A stretch of 64,000 nt of DNA. It comes from Candidatus Poribacteria bacterium (GTDB lineage: Bacteria > Poribacteria > WGA-4E > WGA-3G). Location of the stretch: the NCBI GenBank assembly GCA_965205025.1, contig CBDBFU010000014.1, positions 256,001-320,000 on the forward strand. Reading direction: 5' to 3'. Below the pieces are notes generated by a model that was given only the letters and a program-made list of their open reading frames with translations, was not told where the DNA came from and searched no databases. The translations under genes were made by a program, and so were the position numbers. How positions within the stretch are numbered: the stretch's first letter is position 1; each line of letters begins with the position of its first letter. Shown here piece after piece: positions 8,906-18,975 of this stretch.

Positions 8906-11900
8906 ATGAACAAAGAAGCAATCAAATCCGCATTAGCAGCTATCACAACTGATAATTTCTTAGACAACACAAATGTACTCTTAGCAACATTAGGATACAA
9001 AAGCGAAAAGACTGCAGACCTATTCGGTTCAGTTGACGAATTCATCAATGAATATGAGGCACCGAACCCAAACACAAAAACAGAACAGGAATTCCGCCAA
9101 CATGTCAAATCTGTGCAATTTGTATTTCAATATACGACCGACGAAATTGTTGACGATCCACAGCTAGAACTATTTGAGCCGGCATCCTTTGATAAAGGAA
9201 ATTACCATAGTTTTATTTTCTGCGCGGTTGAACTAAAAGACAATGACTATTCACGCACAAAATATGCAGAATTCACGAGAGAAATTAACAAACGACTTAT
9301 TACTCCCACCGTTGTCTTCTTTCGTGTAGAAAATAAGATAACAGTTGCATTTGCTGATCGCCGTCCAAACCTAACACCAATCGCTTGACGTACTCGGACA
9401 AGTCACCCTCATCAAGGACATCCGCCTGAACAACCCACACCGTGCACATCTTGACATCCTCTCCGAACTCTCACTTGAGGAATGCGTCGAGTGGATAGAC
9501 GAAAAGAAAAAACAGAAAAACTTCGACGGACTGCTGGCAGCATGGATCGCCAAATTAGATACAGAAGAACTTAACAAACAATTCTATCGGAAACTGTTTT
9601 CGTGGTATGAATGGGCAGTTGAGACAGCAAAATTCCCAACAGATGAGAATCGCATCATAGAGCCTGAGGAGCATGTGATACGTCTCATCACACGTCTACT
9701 CTTTATCTGGTTTATCAAGGAAAAAGGATTGATCGCCAATGAACTATTTAACAAAGCACAAATCCAAGACCTACTGAATGAGGATGACTTTGATAACGGT
9801 GACTCATACTATCGCGCCGTGCTACAAAACCTCTTTTTTGCGACACTAAACACTGAGATAGACAGACGTAAGTTTAGCAAGGAAAACTCAAACGGCCATC
9901 GAAACTTTTCAAAATATCGTTATAAAACACAGATGTCCGACCCCGATAAACTGTTGTCCCTATTTGCAGAAACCCCGTTTATCAACGGTGGCTTGTTCGA
10001 TTGCTTAGATAGTTTCAAAGCCACAGGTGAAGGCGGTTACAGAATTGACTGCTTCTCTGATAAGCAGTATAAGAAATTATCCATCCCCAACTGCCTCTTT
10101 TTTGACGAAAACCGAGGACTCCTACCACTACTTGAACACTACAAATTTACCGTTGAGGAAAACACACCGATAGATCAAGAAGTCGCACTTGACCCCGAAC
10201 TACTCGGCAGAGTGTTCGAAAACCTACTCGCCGCTATCAACCCAGAAACAGGAGAAACGGCACGCAAGATGACTGGTTCTTACTACACGCCACGCGCTAT
10301 CGTTGACTATATGGTGGAGGAGGCGTTGGTCGCTGCTTTATCTCAAAAATGCCAACCAACTGATGGCAATACGGAACTTTGGGATGAACGATTGCATTAC
10401 CTTTTTGACTATGCAAAGATGTGTGATGATGCAAGCGATTGGTTTGACAACAAAGAAACTGACGCAATTGTCAAAACTATCTCTAACCTCAAGATTTTGG
10501 ACCCAGCGGTCGGTTCGGGTGCGTTTCCGATGGGGGTACTGCATAAACTGACACTCGCACTCAGACGGCTTGATCCAGATAATATCCGTTGGGAAAAACT
10601 ACAAAAGGAACTCGCTGGAGAACGCGCAGCAGATGCTTTCAATACCCAAGACCAACAGGAACGCGATGATGAACTCACCGAAATCAGTGACACTTTTGAA
10701 CGTTACAGAGATTCTGACTTCGGACGGAAATTATACTTAATTCAAAATAGTATCTTCGGTGTGGACATCCAACCGATTGCGTGTCAAATCGCCAAACTCC
10801 GATTTTTTATCTCGCTCGCAATTGAGCAGGAATCGGACAGAAACACTGAGAACTTTGGCATCAAACCGTTGCCGAACTTAGAGACGCGATTTGTTGCTGC
10901 GAACACACTGATAGGTATAAATTTATCCGAAACAAAAGGACTGTTCCAAGCTGATACTGTGCAACAATTGCTAAAAGAAATTGATACAATTCGCGAAAGG
11001 TTTTTTCTTGCAAACAATCGCACGCAAAAACGTGACCTTGAAGAGCAGGAGGAAAATTGTCGCGAACAATTAGAAAAAGAATTGGAACGTCTGCGAACAG
11101 AATGGATTGAGAACCGACAAACAGAAATAGAAGCCAAAATTGCACCACTTCCCAACTCAGAACAACGGGAACAGTTACGCGAAAAAGAACAGAAAACGTT
11201 TGAAGCACGGAAAAAAGTGTTTGATGCTGACTTTGAAAATGCTCGCAAAATTGCACAATGGAAACCCTACGACCAGAATGCAAGAACAGATTGGTTTGAT
11301 CCCGAATGGATGTTTGGGGTTACGGATGGATTTGATGTTTTACTTGGAAATCCACCTTATATTAGTCATGATAAAATCCCAAAACAACTTAAAGCAAAAA
11401 TTAAGAATTATTACCAGTCATATCAACCATTTGCCGATTTATATTGTTATTTTATTGAGAAAGCTTTAGATCTACAGAGTGAGATCGGTGTTCTTAGCTT
11501 TATTACCTCAAATTCATACTTGAGAGCCGAGTATGGGGCACCGATCCGAAAATTGCTGCTAAGAAAAAATATATTGCTTCAAATGTTAAATGTTGAGGAT
11601 TCACAAGTTTTCGAAAGTGCAATTGTTAACGTTGCGATAATTATGTCTCGGCAACCGACAAATTCCATGGATAATTTTTGCCTTATTGTTAATTCACCAT
11701 TTTCAGGTAACAGTTTTGTAGACTTTGTGAAAACCAACGGTTTTAATTGTTCCCAAGATTACTTTAATTCAAAGTCGTGGAATCTTGCAGAACCAACACA
11801 TGTTGAACTTCAAAGGAAACTTGAAACATCAGGTAAAACCTTAGATCAGTTGGGTACAAAAATCAGATTAGGTATTGCCACAGGGAGCAATGACGCTTTT

Positions 11901-12593
11901 CTCATAGACGAAAATAAGAAAAGAGAGTTTTGTGAGAAAAATCATGTGAATGCTAAAATAATTAAGCCCGTTTTGAGAGGTAGAGATATTTCTCGCTATA
12001 TATACACCCTATCTGGACAGCATATTATACTTGCTAAAAATGGTGTTAATGTAAAGAAAGATTACCCCGATATATATGAACATTTAGAATCATTTGGAGA
12101 TAAATTCAAAAAACGTGGAGCGCAAGGACAACATTGGACTAATCTAAGGGCTTGTTCATTTTATGACGATTTCAAAAAGGAAAAGATTGTGTGGATTCCA
12201 TTGTCTGATATAGGGCGGTTTACTATCTGTAATGAAGAAGTTTATCTACTTAATTCTGCGTATTTTTTGTTACCACCTTCAGACATCAATTTAAAACTTT
12301 TGTTAGGTATTTTAAATTCAAGAGTAATTCGTTTTTATTTGGGAAACGTTGCAGTAACAAGTGGAATGGGAACGAGCCAATGGATAAACAATTATGTCAA
12401 AGAATTTCCTATTCCAACAGTTACTACTGAACAACAAACTGAAATCATTGAACTTGTGGATCAGATACTTGATGATAAACAAGCTAACCCCGATGCCAAC
12501 ACTTCCTCCCTTGAAAATGAGATTGATAAGCTGGTGTACGAATTGTATGATTTAACGGAAGATGAGATTGCCATTGTGGAGGGGAGTATCTAA
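8906..12593 (+). CDS. Type IIG (Eco57I/TaqI-like) restriction-modification enzyme with N6-adenine MTase and C-terminal TRD; one frameshift near 9375-9387
   Basis: ORF 8906-9388 continues via DVLGQVTLIKDI...LDTEELNKQFY in the frame of ORF 9675-12593; TGSYYTP, LDPAVGSGAF and GNPPY motifs; tail LENEIDKLVYELYDLTEDEIAIVEG. Confidence 0.88.
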
Positions 12594-12779
12594 ATCCCTG
12601 ATGCGGAAGATGAGAAGTCTGAAGTAAAGTCGTAGGTAGGTTTGTTATGATACATTGATATATACTCTTACATTTGATTGGCAAATCTACTTCGGAAATG
12701 TTATGATTAAATTGTTCTTCCTATCTCAACAATTGAGTAGAGAATGTTCTTGAGATTCATAACATAAGGAATTAATTTT

Positions 12780-14204
12780 ATGAGAAAAGGTAAATGCATT
12801 TACTGTAACCAAGAGAAAGAATTAAACGAAGAACATGCTTTTCCCAGATCTCTGCTACAGATAGCGGAAGGATCACCAGAATGGATCATTGATAGACATT
12901 TGTGTGAGGAGTGTAACGGAAAACTGAGCAAACTTGATAAAATACTAACAATGAGAGGTCCCATAGGACATACATGGAGTTTGATTAAGAGTGAATTAGG
13001 TCAGGAAAATGAAAATCAACAATCACTTCGTTATAATCAGAACTGTTATGGCCTTAAGCCTGATAGAATGATGGTGCCAGAACCTGTCTTGGAAAACCGT
13101 ATAGGTTTATTCAAATTATTAGTAGAGAACTGTGAAAACAAGGCATCTTCTAATTCAATCGAAAACTCACTTGATCCTGTGGTTCCGCAGATAATTTTAA
13201 CTTTATATGCAGAATGGCAACAACTTGAGGAGACGAGGGATGAAACAGTAGATAATTTTGATAGTTTAGATATTATTCCCTATACCGACAATGATTTTAA
13301 GGGATCAGTATACTGGATCGGGAATGGAAAAATAATGACACAGGCTTTAAGTGACTCTGTTATTTTGGTGCCGAGATTGTCGGTTCAAAACCATAATTTT
13401 GTGCTGTTTCCTCCTATTCTTCCACCAAACGCTACTGAGGATTTTCCTTTTCCCCATACCTATGTTTTTTCTCAAAAGGCTACAGAATATTTCTTTGATC
13501 AACCAAGAGATTTTCAGTCCAAATTTCTAAGAAATCTTGATTGGATTCGGAGTGATTTGACGATTATAAAAGATAGTAAAAATAAGAAACATGGTAAAGC
13601 AAAGTATTTCAGACAGTCTGTAAAAGCTGACCACATAACTGTTGTAGACAAACAAATATATCTCAAAGATAAAACATATGCTGATATTCCAAGACTCAAA
13701 ACACTACGAGGCAGATTTGCAACAGATGGCAACGCTAAATTATATATTGAGAGAGCCATTGCAAAAATAGGGTTTCACTGCTTTTTGTACCACTATTTTG
13801 ATGAGTTTAATGGACATGAACCCATATTTGATGATATTAAAACATTTATATTTAAGGAAAATACTCCTAATAATTTCGTTATTGAATACAAAGATGTAGC
13901 CGAAAATCCTATTTATTCTTCTAATACACACTTCCACAACATATCATTTTATCGAGATGGACAAAACATTGGTTGCCAAATAATTTTATTTACAGGACTT
14001 TGGAGGAAACCATTTTCCTTTTACATAACTTTGTCGGGTAAGATCAAAAATTGGAACGTTGAGTCTGATAAAACAGAACATATTCCTTTCTATCTGAGTA
14101 GTAAAAGTGACAGAAAGAGACGGGTATATCCTCCAAGCGACTCTGAGATAATACAAAAACCGAGTCTAAAAGATATGTTTATAGTTGGTATAACACGCTA
14201 TTGA
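12780..14204 (+). CDS. HNH-endonuclease-like protein (CxxC...EH...CxxCN)
   Basis: N-terminal KCIYC...EEHAFP...LCEECNGKLS; C-terminal RAIAKIGF motif common in such proteins; AAGGA RBS. Confidence 0.65.
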   Translation: MRKGKCIYCNQEKELNEEHAFPRSLLQIAEGSPEWIIDRHLCEECNGKLSKLDKILTMRGPIGHTWSLIKSELGQENENQQSLRYNQNCYGLKPDRMMVPEPVLENRIGLFKLLVENCENKASSNSIENSLDPVVPQIILTLYAEWQQLEETRDETVDNFDSLDIIPYTDNDFKGSVYWIGNGKIMTQALSDSVILVPRLSVQNHNFVLFPPILPPNATEDFPFPHTYVFSQKATEYFFDQPRDFQSKFLRNLDWIRSDLTIIKDSKNKKHGKAKYFRQSVKADHITVVDKQIYLKDKTYADIPRLKTLRGRFATDGNAKLYIERAIAKIGFHCFLYHYFDEFNGHEPIFDDIKTFIFKENTPNNFVIEYKDVAENPIYSSNTHFHNISFYRDGQNIGCQIILFTGLWRKPFSFYITLSGKIKNWNVESDKTEHIPFYLSSKSDRKRRVYPPSDSEIIQKPSLKDMFIVGITRY

Positions 14205-14239
14205 TTGCTTGAAGAAGTTTTCCGCTATTAGATCAAATT

Positions 14240-15433
14240 ATGAGCACACAAACACAATCCGCAACCCAAAACGCGCTTAACAGAATTCTTGAACTAATCC
14301 GTGAGATAGTAGAGAAATCAGTTAATGGAAACTGCATTTATCGTGGTGAACCTGATCACTATGATAAAGTATCCTCGAATTTCTATAGGATGTATCCAGG
14401 TGGTTTTGACCCAGATGCCTCAACCAATTTAGAGGTCCTACGACAGGAAACTCTAAGAAATGCTCAGCAATACATCCAAGATGACACAATAGATGACTTT
14501 GGACTTTTAACTGAGCTGCAGCACTATGGCAGTCAAACCGACCTTATAGACTTCACAACAGACTATCATATTGCCCTTTTCTTCGCATGCAACGATTCTC
14601 ATGACAAAGATGGTAGGATTGTCGTGTTGAAAAGAACCGAGGATATTGATGAAAAATACAGAGTCCAACAACCTTTAAGACCTCTCAATCGCGTCAAGGC
14701 ACAAAAAAGTATATTCACTCAACCTCATAAGGGATTTATTGATCACAACGATTTAATCACTATTACTGTACCTGCCAATCTAAAACAGTGGATACTTATT
14801 TATCTACGGTTGTCCGAGAATATATCTACTCAAAGCCTCTACAACGATCTATACGGCTTCATCCAAGATAAACATGTACGTTACTCACGCGAAGCAAGTC
14901 TTCCACTTGTTTTGGCTGAACTACAATTAAAACACATTGCGGACAATAATCTATCGGTTGAAGAAAAACAATCTACATATCAAGAAGTAATAGAACATTA
15001 TATAGAAGCTTTACAATACTCACCGTATAATGTTAAGCTTTATGTGGATCAAGGTAAATGCTACTTAGATGTCAACCAATATGATTGTGCAATTGAAGCT
15101 TGTAGTAAAGCATTGCTCTTACATCCCAATTATTTTGAAGCTTATGTTTGTCGTGGTCTTGCTTTTTTCCATAAAAAGGATTACAGAAGTACTATAGAAG
15201 ACTTTGACTATATTATAGAAGCAAGTCCAGAGAATACTATGGTATACATCTTTAGAGGCATTGCATTTTTACACCTACAAGAATGGGAAAAAGCAAAATT
15301 AGACTTTGAGGCTGCCAAAGAGATGAGTGAAACTATTACCATTTTATTTCGTCAGGACTCTCAAAGCATTTTAGATTTTGAGCAGAAGTATAACGTTAGA
15401 CTACCCGCAGACATCGCTGCTCTAATAAAATAG
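14240..15433 (+). CDS. FRG-domain + TPR protein
   Basis: IYRGE, LQHYGSQTDLIDFT, ALFFAC and RVKAQKSIF (FRG motifs), followed by TPRs and the shared tail DFEQKYNVRLPADIAALI. Confidence 0.85.
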   Translation: MSTQTQSATQNALNRILELIREIVEKSVNGNCIYRGEPDHYDKVSSNFYRMYPGGFDPDASTNLEVLRQETLRNAQQYIQDDTIDDFGLLTELQHYGSQTDLIDFTTDYHIALFFACNDSHDKDGRIVVLKRTEDIDEKYRVQQPLRPLNRVKAQKSIFTQPHKGFIDHNDLITITVPANLKQWILIYLRLSENISTQSLYNDLYGFIQDKHVRYSREASLPLVLAELQLKHIADNNLSVEEKQSTYQEVIEHYIEALQYSPYNVKLYVDQGKCYLDVNQYDCAIEACSKALLLHPNYFEAYVCRGLAFFHKKDYRSTIEDFDYIIEASPENTMVYIFRGIAFLHLQEWEKAKLDFEAAKEMSETITILFRQDSQSILDFEQKYNVRLPADIAALIK

Positions 15434-15665
15434 CAGGGTAACAGTAAACGCTTGCCATAGCGAATTATCTGATGTTACAGATTATCAATCCGTGTCCTCT
15501 GTGTCCTCCGCAATTCAGACAACAAAGAACGCCGAACATGCAATACACCTCTCACACCAAACACAAACCAATGTCAAGGCTCTCACTTGTAAATGAGATT
15601 GATAAACTGGTCTATGCCTTATATTACCTCATTGATAAAGAAATTGCCGCTTTGGAGGGAATAGA
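15434..15665 (+). repeat. Cassette junction repeat J1, including a degenerate copy of the type IIG gene 3' end
   Basis: Similar to 18785-18975, 20644-20920, 22888-23037 and 25651-25837; 15586-15669 translates as LVNEIDKLVYALYYLIDKEIAALEGIE. Confidence 0.8.
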
Positions 15666-17042
15666 ATGAGCACTGAACAAACTGAGTTAAACAGAATCTT
15701 AGAAATAATCGCTGAAATAGGATATAAATCTGCTACCAGTGATTATATCTACCGCGGTGAACCAGAATGCTATCCGAAAGTTTCCTCAAATCTCTATCGT
15801 GAACTTGAAGATGCAAACCTTTTACATCCCCATCTTAAGATAGAAGATATCCAAAAAACAGAATTGGAAGACGCTAAAGGGTATGGGTACATCAAGAAAA
15901 CTGACGATTTTGATATTCTCAGCGAAATACAACACTTCGGTGGAAAAACAAACTTATTAGACTTTACGTGTGATTACAGGGTTGCTATTTTCTTTGCATG
16001 TGAACGATTCCCTTTCAATGATGGCAGGATTATCCTGCAAGACAAAAATGGAATAATAAAAGATTGCATTAGAACATCTCAGAATGTAGTGCAAGGAAGC
16101 CGTCCCGATGTGCAAAAAAGCATATTCGTTCAACCACCTGAAGGCTTTATAGAACCGGATAAGACAATCGTCATTCCAAATTCACTCAAACAGCCTATCC
16201 TGAAGTATCTTGAAGATGAATTTGACATATCTACTGAGCGAATCTATCCTGATCTTCATGGCTTTGTTAGTAGACAGAAGACACGCCTTGGGACATATAA
16301 GGAACTTGGTAAAGGAAATAAATGTAGAGAAAACGGGGATGCGGAAGATGACCTTACAAAAAAGAACAATCAATATGAAAAGGCAATTGGGCACTATACT
16401 AACGCAATACAACAGATGCCTGGAATTGCTTTAGCATATATCGGACGAGGGTTCGTTTATTCTTCAAAAGATGACCCCGATAACGCCCTTGCCGATTATG
16501 ACAAGGCATTAGAATTGGACCAAAATTCTAAGGAGGCATATAAAGGTCGTAGTGCCGTTTACCGCGCCAAAGATGAAATTGATAAGGCAATTGATGACGC
16601 TGTTAAGTTAGTAGAACTTGATCCATCTGATGCTGCTGCACATTGCGCTCTCTACCTTGCTTATTGGGATAAAAATGATTTTGAAAACGCATCTGTTAGC
16701 ATAAGTGAAGCAATCCATCTGAAACCAGATCAATCTGAATTCTACTTTTCGCGTGGTGATATTTACTTCACCAAAAGAGATTTTGACAATGCCATTAAAG
16801 ACTATAACAAAGCAATGGAACTAAACCTCAATTCTTCCAAAATCTATTATAACAGGGGTTTGGCTTATATCCTCCAGAGAGAATGGACCAAAGCAAAATA
16901 TGACCTGATTAAAGCGAGGGACTTGAAGATGGATATCACTGTTGAGTTTTCCAAATTTGGAAGTATTGAAAATCTTGAGCAAGAAATAGGTATCCAGTTA
17001 CCGCCAGACATTGTTGAAATGCTAACGCCTCCACAGTCATAG
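15666..17042 (+). CDS. FRG-domain + TPR protein
   Basis: IYRGE, IQHFGGKTNLLDFT, AIFFAC and VQKSIF; about 6 TPRs; tail LPPDIVEMLTPPQS. Confidence 0.85.
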   Translation: MSTEQTELNRILEIIAEIGYKSATSDYIYRGEPECYPKVSSNLYRELEDANLLHPHLKIEDIQKTELEDAKGYGYIKKTDDFDILSEIQHFGGKTNLLDFTCDYRVAIFFACERFPFNDGRIILQDKNGIIKDCIRTSQNVVQGSRPDVQKSIFVQPPEGFIEPDKTIVIPNSLKQPILKYLEDEFDISTERIYPDLHGFVSRQKTRLGTYKELGKGNKCRENGDAEDDLTKKNNQYEKAIGHYTNAIQQMPGIALAYIGRGFVYSSKDDPDNALADYDKALELDQNSKEAYKGRSAVYRAKDEIDKAIDDAVKLVELDPSDAAAHCALYLAYWDKNDFENASVSISEAIHLKPDQSEFYFSRGDIYFTKRDFDNAIKDYNKAMELNLNSSKIYYNRGLAYILQREWTKAKYDLIKARDLKMDITVEFSKFGSIENLEQEIGIQLPPDIVEMLTPPQS

Positions 17043-17068
17043 CAATATTAAAACTGTCTGATTGGATA

Positions 17069-17992
17069 TTGATGAAAATGGAAATGATTGATAGATTTCG
17101 TGGGCAGGAAGGAAATAAACGGCTTATTTCGGCATTACGCACACAAGCCATCTTTCATAACAACGAACCTTTAATAAAGGAAATAGCAGACCAAGCTGAA
17201 CTTTTGCAGTTTGAATCAGGAAAGGAATTAATAACTCAAGATAATGTGGATAATGATATCTATTTTATTTTATCTGGACGACTTTCTATCGTTGTTAATG
17301 GACGCGAAGTGGCAATTAGGAATTCTGGACAGTACGTAGGTGAAATGGCGTTGATTGATCCATCTGCTAAGCGTTCTGCCTCGGCTATTGCTATCGAACA
17401 AACGGTTGTTGCGAAAATCTCTGAGGCATCTTTCTATCCGTTAGCAAATAAATATCCAAAAGTCTGGCAGCTAACCGCGATAGAAATTTGTAATAGATTA
17501 CGCCAAAGGAATAGGTTAGTTGTTTCTAAAAATCCACGTCCAGTCTTGTTTATAGGTTCTTCATCGGAATCTCTTGAGGTAGCACGGGCAATTCGTTCTA
17601 ATTTTAATCACGATGATTTTGTTATAAATTTATGGACAGATAAAGTTTTTGGTCCTTCACGGTTTCCAATTGCCGAACTTGAAAAAATGGTTCAACAAGC
17701 CGATTTCGCAGTGTTAGTGCTGGGTCCTGACGATAAGGTAGAAAGTCGAAACGAGAAATCAGATGCACCGCGCGATAATGTAATTTTTGAGTTAGGACTA
17801 TTTATGGGAGCTTTATCACATGAACGAACCTTTATGGTTGTCCCTCGCGAGTGTGATATTAAAATTCCAACTGATTTGTTAGGTCTTATTCCTTTGAAGT
17901 ATAAATCAGATGACTCTAATAATCTTACTTCCTTATTAGGTGCGGTCTGTGATGAACTTCGGGATATAATTAACGAAATGGGTGTTAAATAA
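17069..17992 (+). CDS. pycTIR: Pycsar effector PycTIR (cNMP-binding domain + TIR NADase)
   Basis: N-terminal cNMP-binding domain (GQYVGEMALI...RSASAIA); C-terminal CAP12/Pycsar-type TIR (LFIGSSSE, ADFAV, PRDNVIFELGLFMG, KIPTDLLG); adjacent to a cyclase. Confidence 0.9.
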   Translation: MMKMEMIDRFRGQEGNKRLISALRTQAIFHNNEPLIKEIADQAELLQFESGKELITQDNVDNDIYFILSGRLSIVVNGREVAIRNSGQYVGEMALIDPSAKRSASAIAIEQTVVAKISEASFYPLANKYPKVWQLTAIEICNRLRQRNRLVVSKNPRPVLFIGSSSESLEVARAIRSNFNHDDFVINLWTDKVFGPSRFPIAELEKMVQQADFAVLVLGPDDKVESRNEKSDAPRDNVIFELGLFMGALSHERTFMVVPRECDIKIPTDLLGLIPLKYKSDDSNNLTSLLGAVCDELRDIINEMGVK

Positions 17993-18013
17993 TTTTATAT
18001 AAGGAGAATTATA

Positions 18014-18709
18014 ATGAGTTTAGTTGACGATTATACTGAAGCAGTTAAGGAGATATTTGAGGAAGAATGGGAGACTCGTGAGGGGCAAAAAGTTCCAGAA
18101 TCTGAAGATTTGAAGTTAAGTAACGATGCCGTGGAGTTAGATGGGACAGTGCTTTATGCAGACCTTGATGATTCTACAAACCTTGTGGATAATTACGATC
18201 CAGAATTTGCAGCTGAAATATATAAAGCGTATCTTAATTGTGCTGCTAAGGTGATACGGTCTGAGGGCGGTGAAATTACTTCTTACGATGGTGATCGTAT
18301 CATGGCAGTGTATATTGGCGATGAAAAAGATGATTCTGCTGCTCGTTCAGCATTGAAAATAAACTACACAGTTAAGAAGATCATCAATCCTCTCTTAGAA
18401 GAACATTATCCTGATGAGGATTATCGTGTAAAACAGGTCGTGGGTATTGACACCAGCGAGTTATTTATAGCACGCACTGGAATACGTGGATCAAATGATC
18501 TTGTTTGGGTTGGACGTGCCGCGAACTACGCAGCGAAATTATGTTCACTTTCACCTAATTATCCCTCACGACTGACCAAAGCGGTATACGATAACTTGGA
18601 TAACTCAGTTAAGTATTCAAGTGAAGGGAAGCTTATGTGGGGGGCTGCAAAATGGACAGATATGAATAACATGAAAATTTATCGATCAACTTGGCGGCGG
18701 AAAGTATAG
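18014..18709 (+). CDS. pycC: Pycsar pyrimidine (probably uridylate) cyclase PycC
   Basis: Class III cyclase motifs LYADLDDST, YDGDRIMAV and GIRGSNDLVWVGRAANYAAKL; AAGGAG RBS; paired with cNMP-TIR. Confidence 0.9.
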   Translation: MSLVDDYTEAVKEIFEEEWETREGQKVPESEDLKLSNDAVELDGTVLYADLDDSTNLVDNYDPEFAAEIYKAYLNCAAKVIRSEGGEITSYDGDRIMAVYIGDEKDDSAARSALKINYTVKKIINPLLEEHYPDEDYRVKQVVGIDTSELFIARTGIRGSNDLVWVGRAANYAAKLCSLSPNYPSRLTKAVYDNLDNSVKYSSEGKLMWGAAKWTDMNNMKIYRSTWRRKV

Positions 18710-18784
18710 GTAAGTTATGCTATTGACTAATTGGAAAATCGAGAGACTATTTGAATCGCTTATGGAGCAAGGATTGTAGATTTT

Positions 18785-18975
18785 CAATCAGTGTTAATCT
18801 GCGTAATCCGCGTCAATCCGCGATTCTGATAACAAAGTACCTCGAATATACAATACACCCTCACACCAAAACACAGACCAATGTAAAGACTTACACCTGA
18901 AAATGAGATTGTTACGCTCGTATACGCATTGTATAATTTAACAGTAAAGAAAATTGCGATTGTGGAGAAAAAAGA
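18785..18975 (+). repeat. Cassette junction repeat J2, right part, with R-M 3'-end copy
   Basis: aatccgcgattctgataacaaag...cacagaccaatg...cctgaaaatgagattg...attgcgattgtggag, directly before the ATG at 18976. Confidence 0.8.

Noticed and set aside
5522-12593. Calling the helicase-MTase pair a complete DISARM or BREX system
   Set aside because: Core partners (drmA/drmB; brxC/pglZ) are absent from the window.
15472-15669. 65-aa ORF as a real gene
   Set aside because: It is the junction repeat; other copies do not preserve this frame or start.
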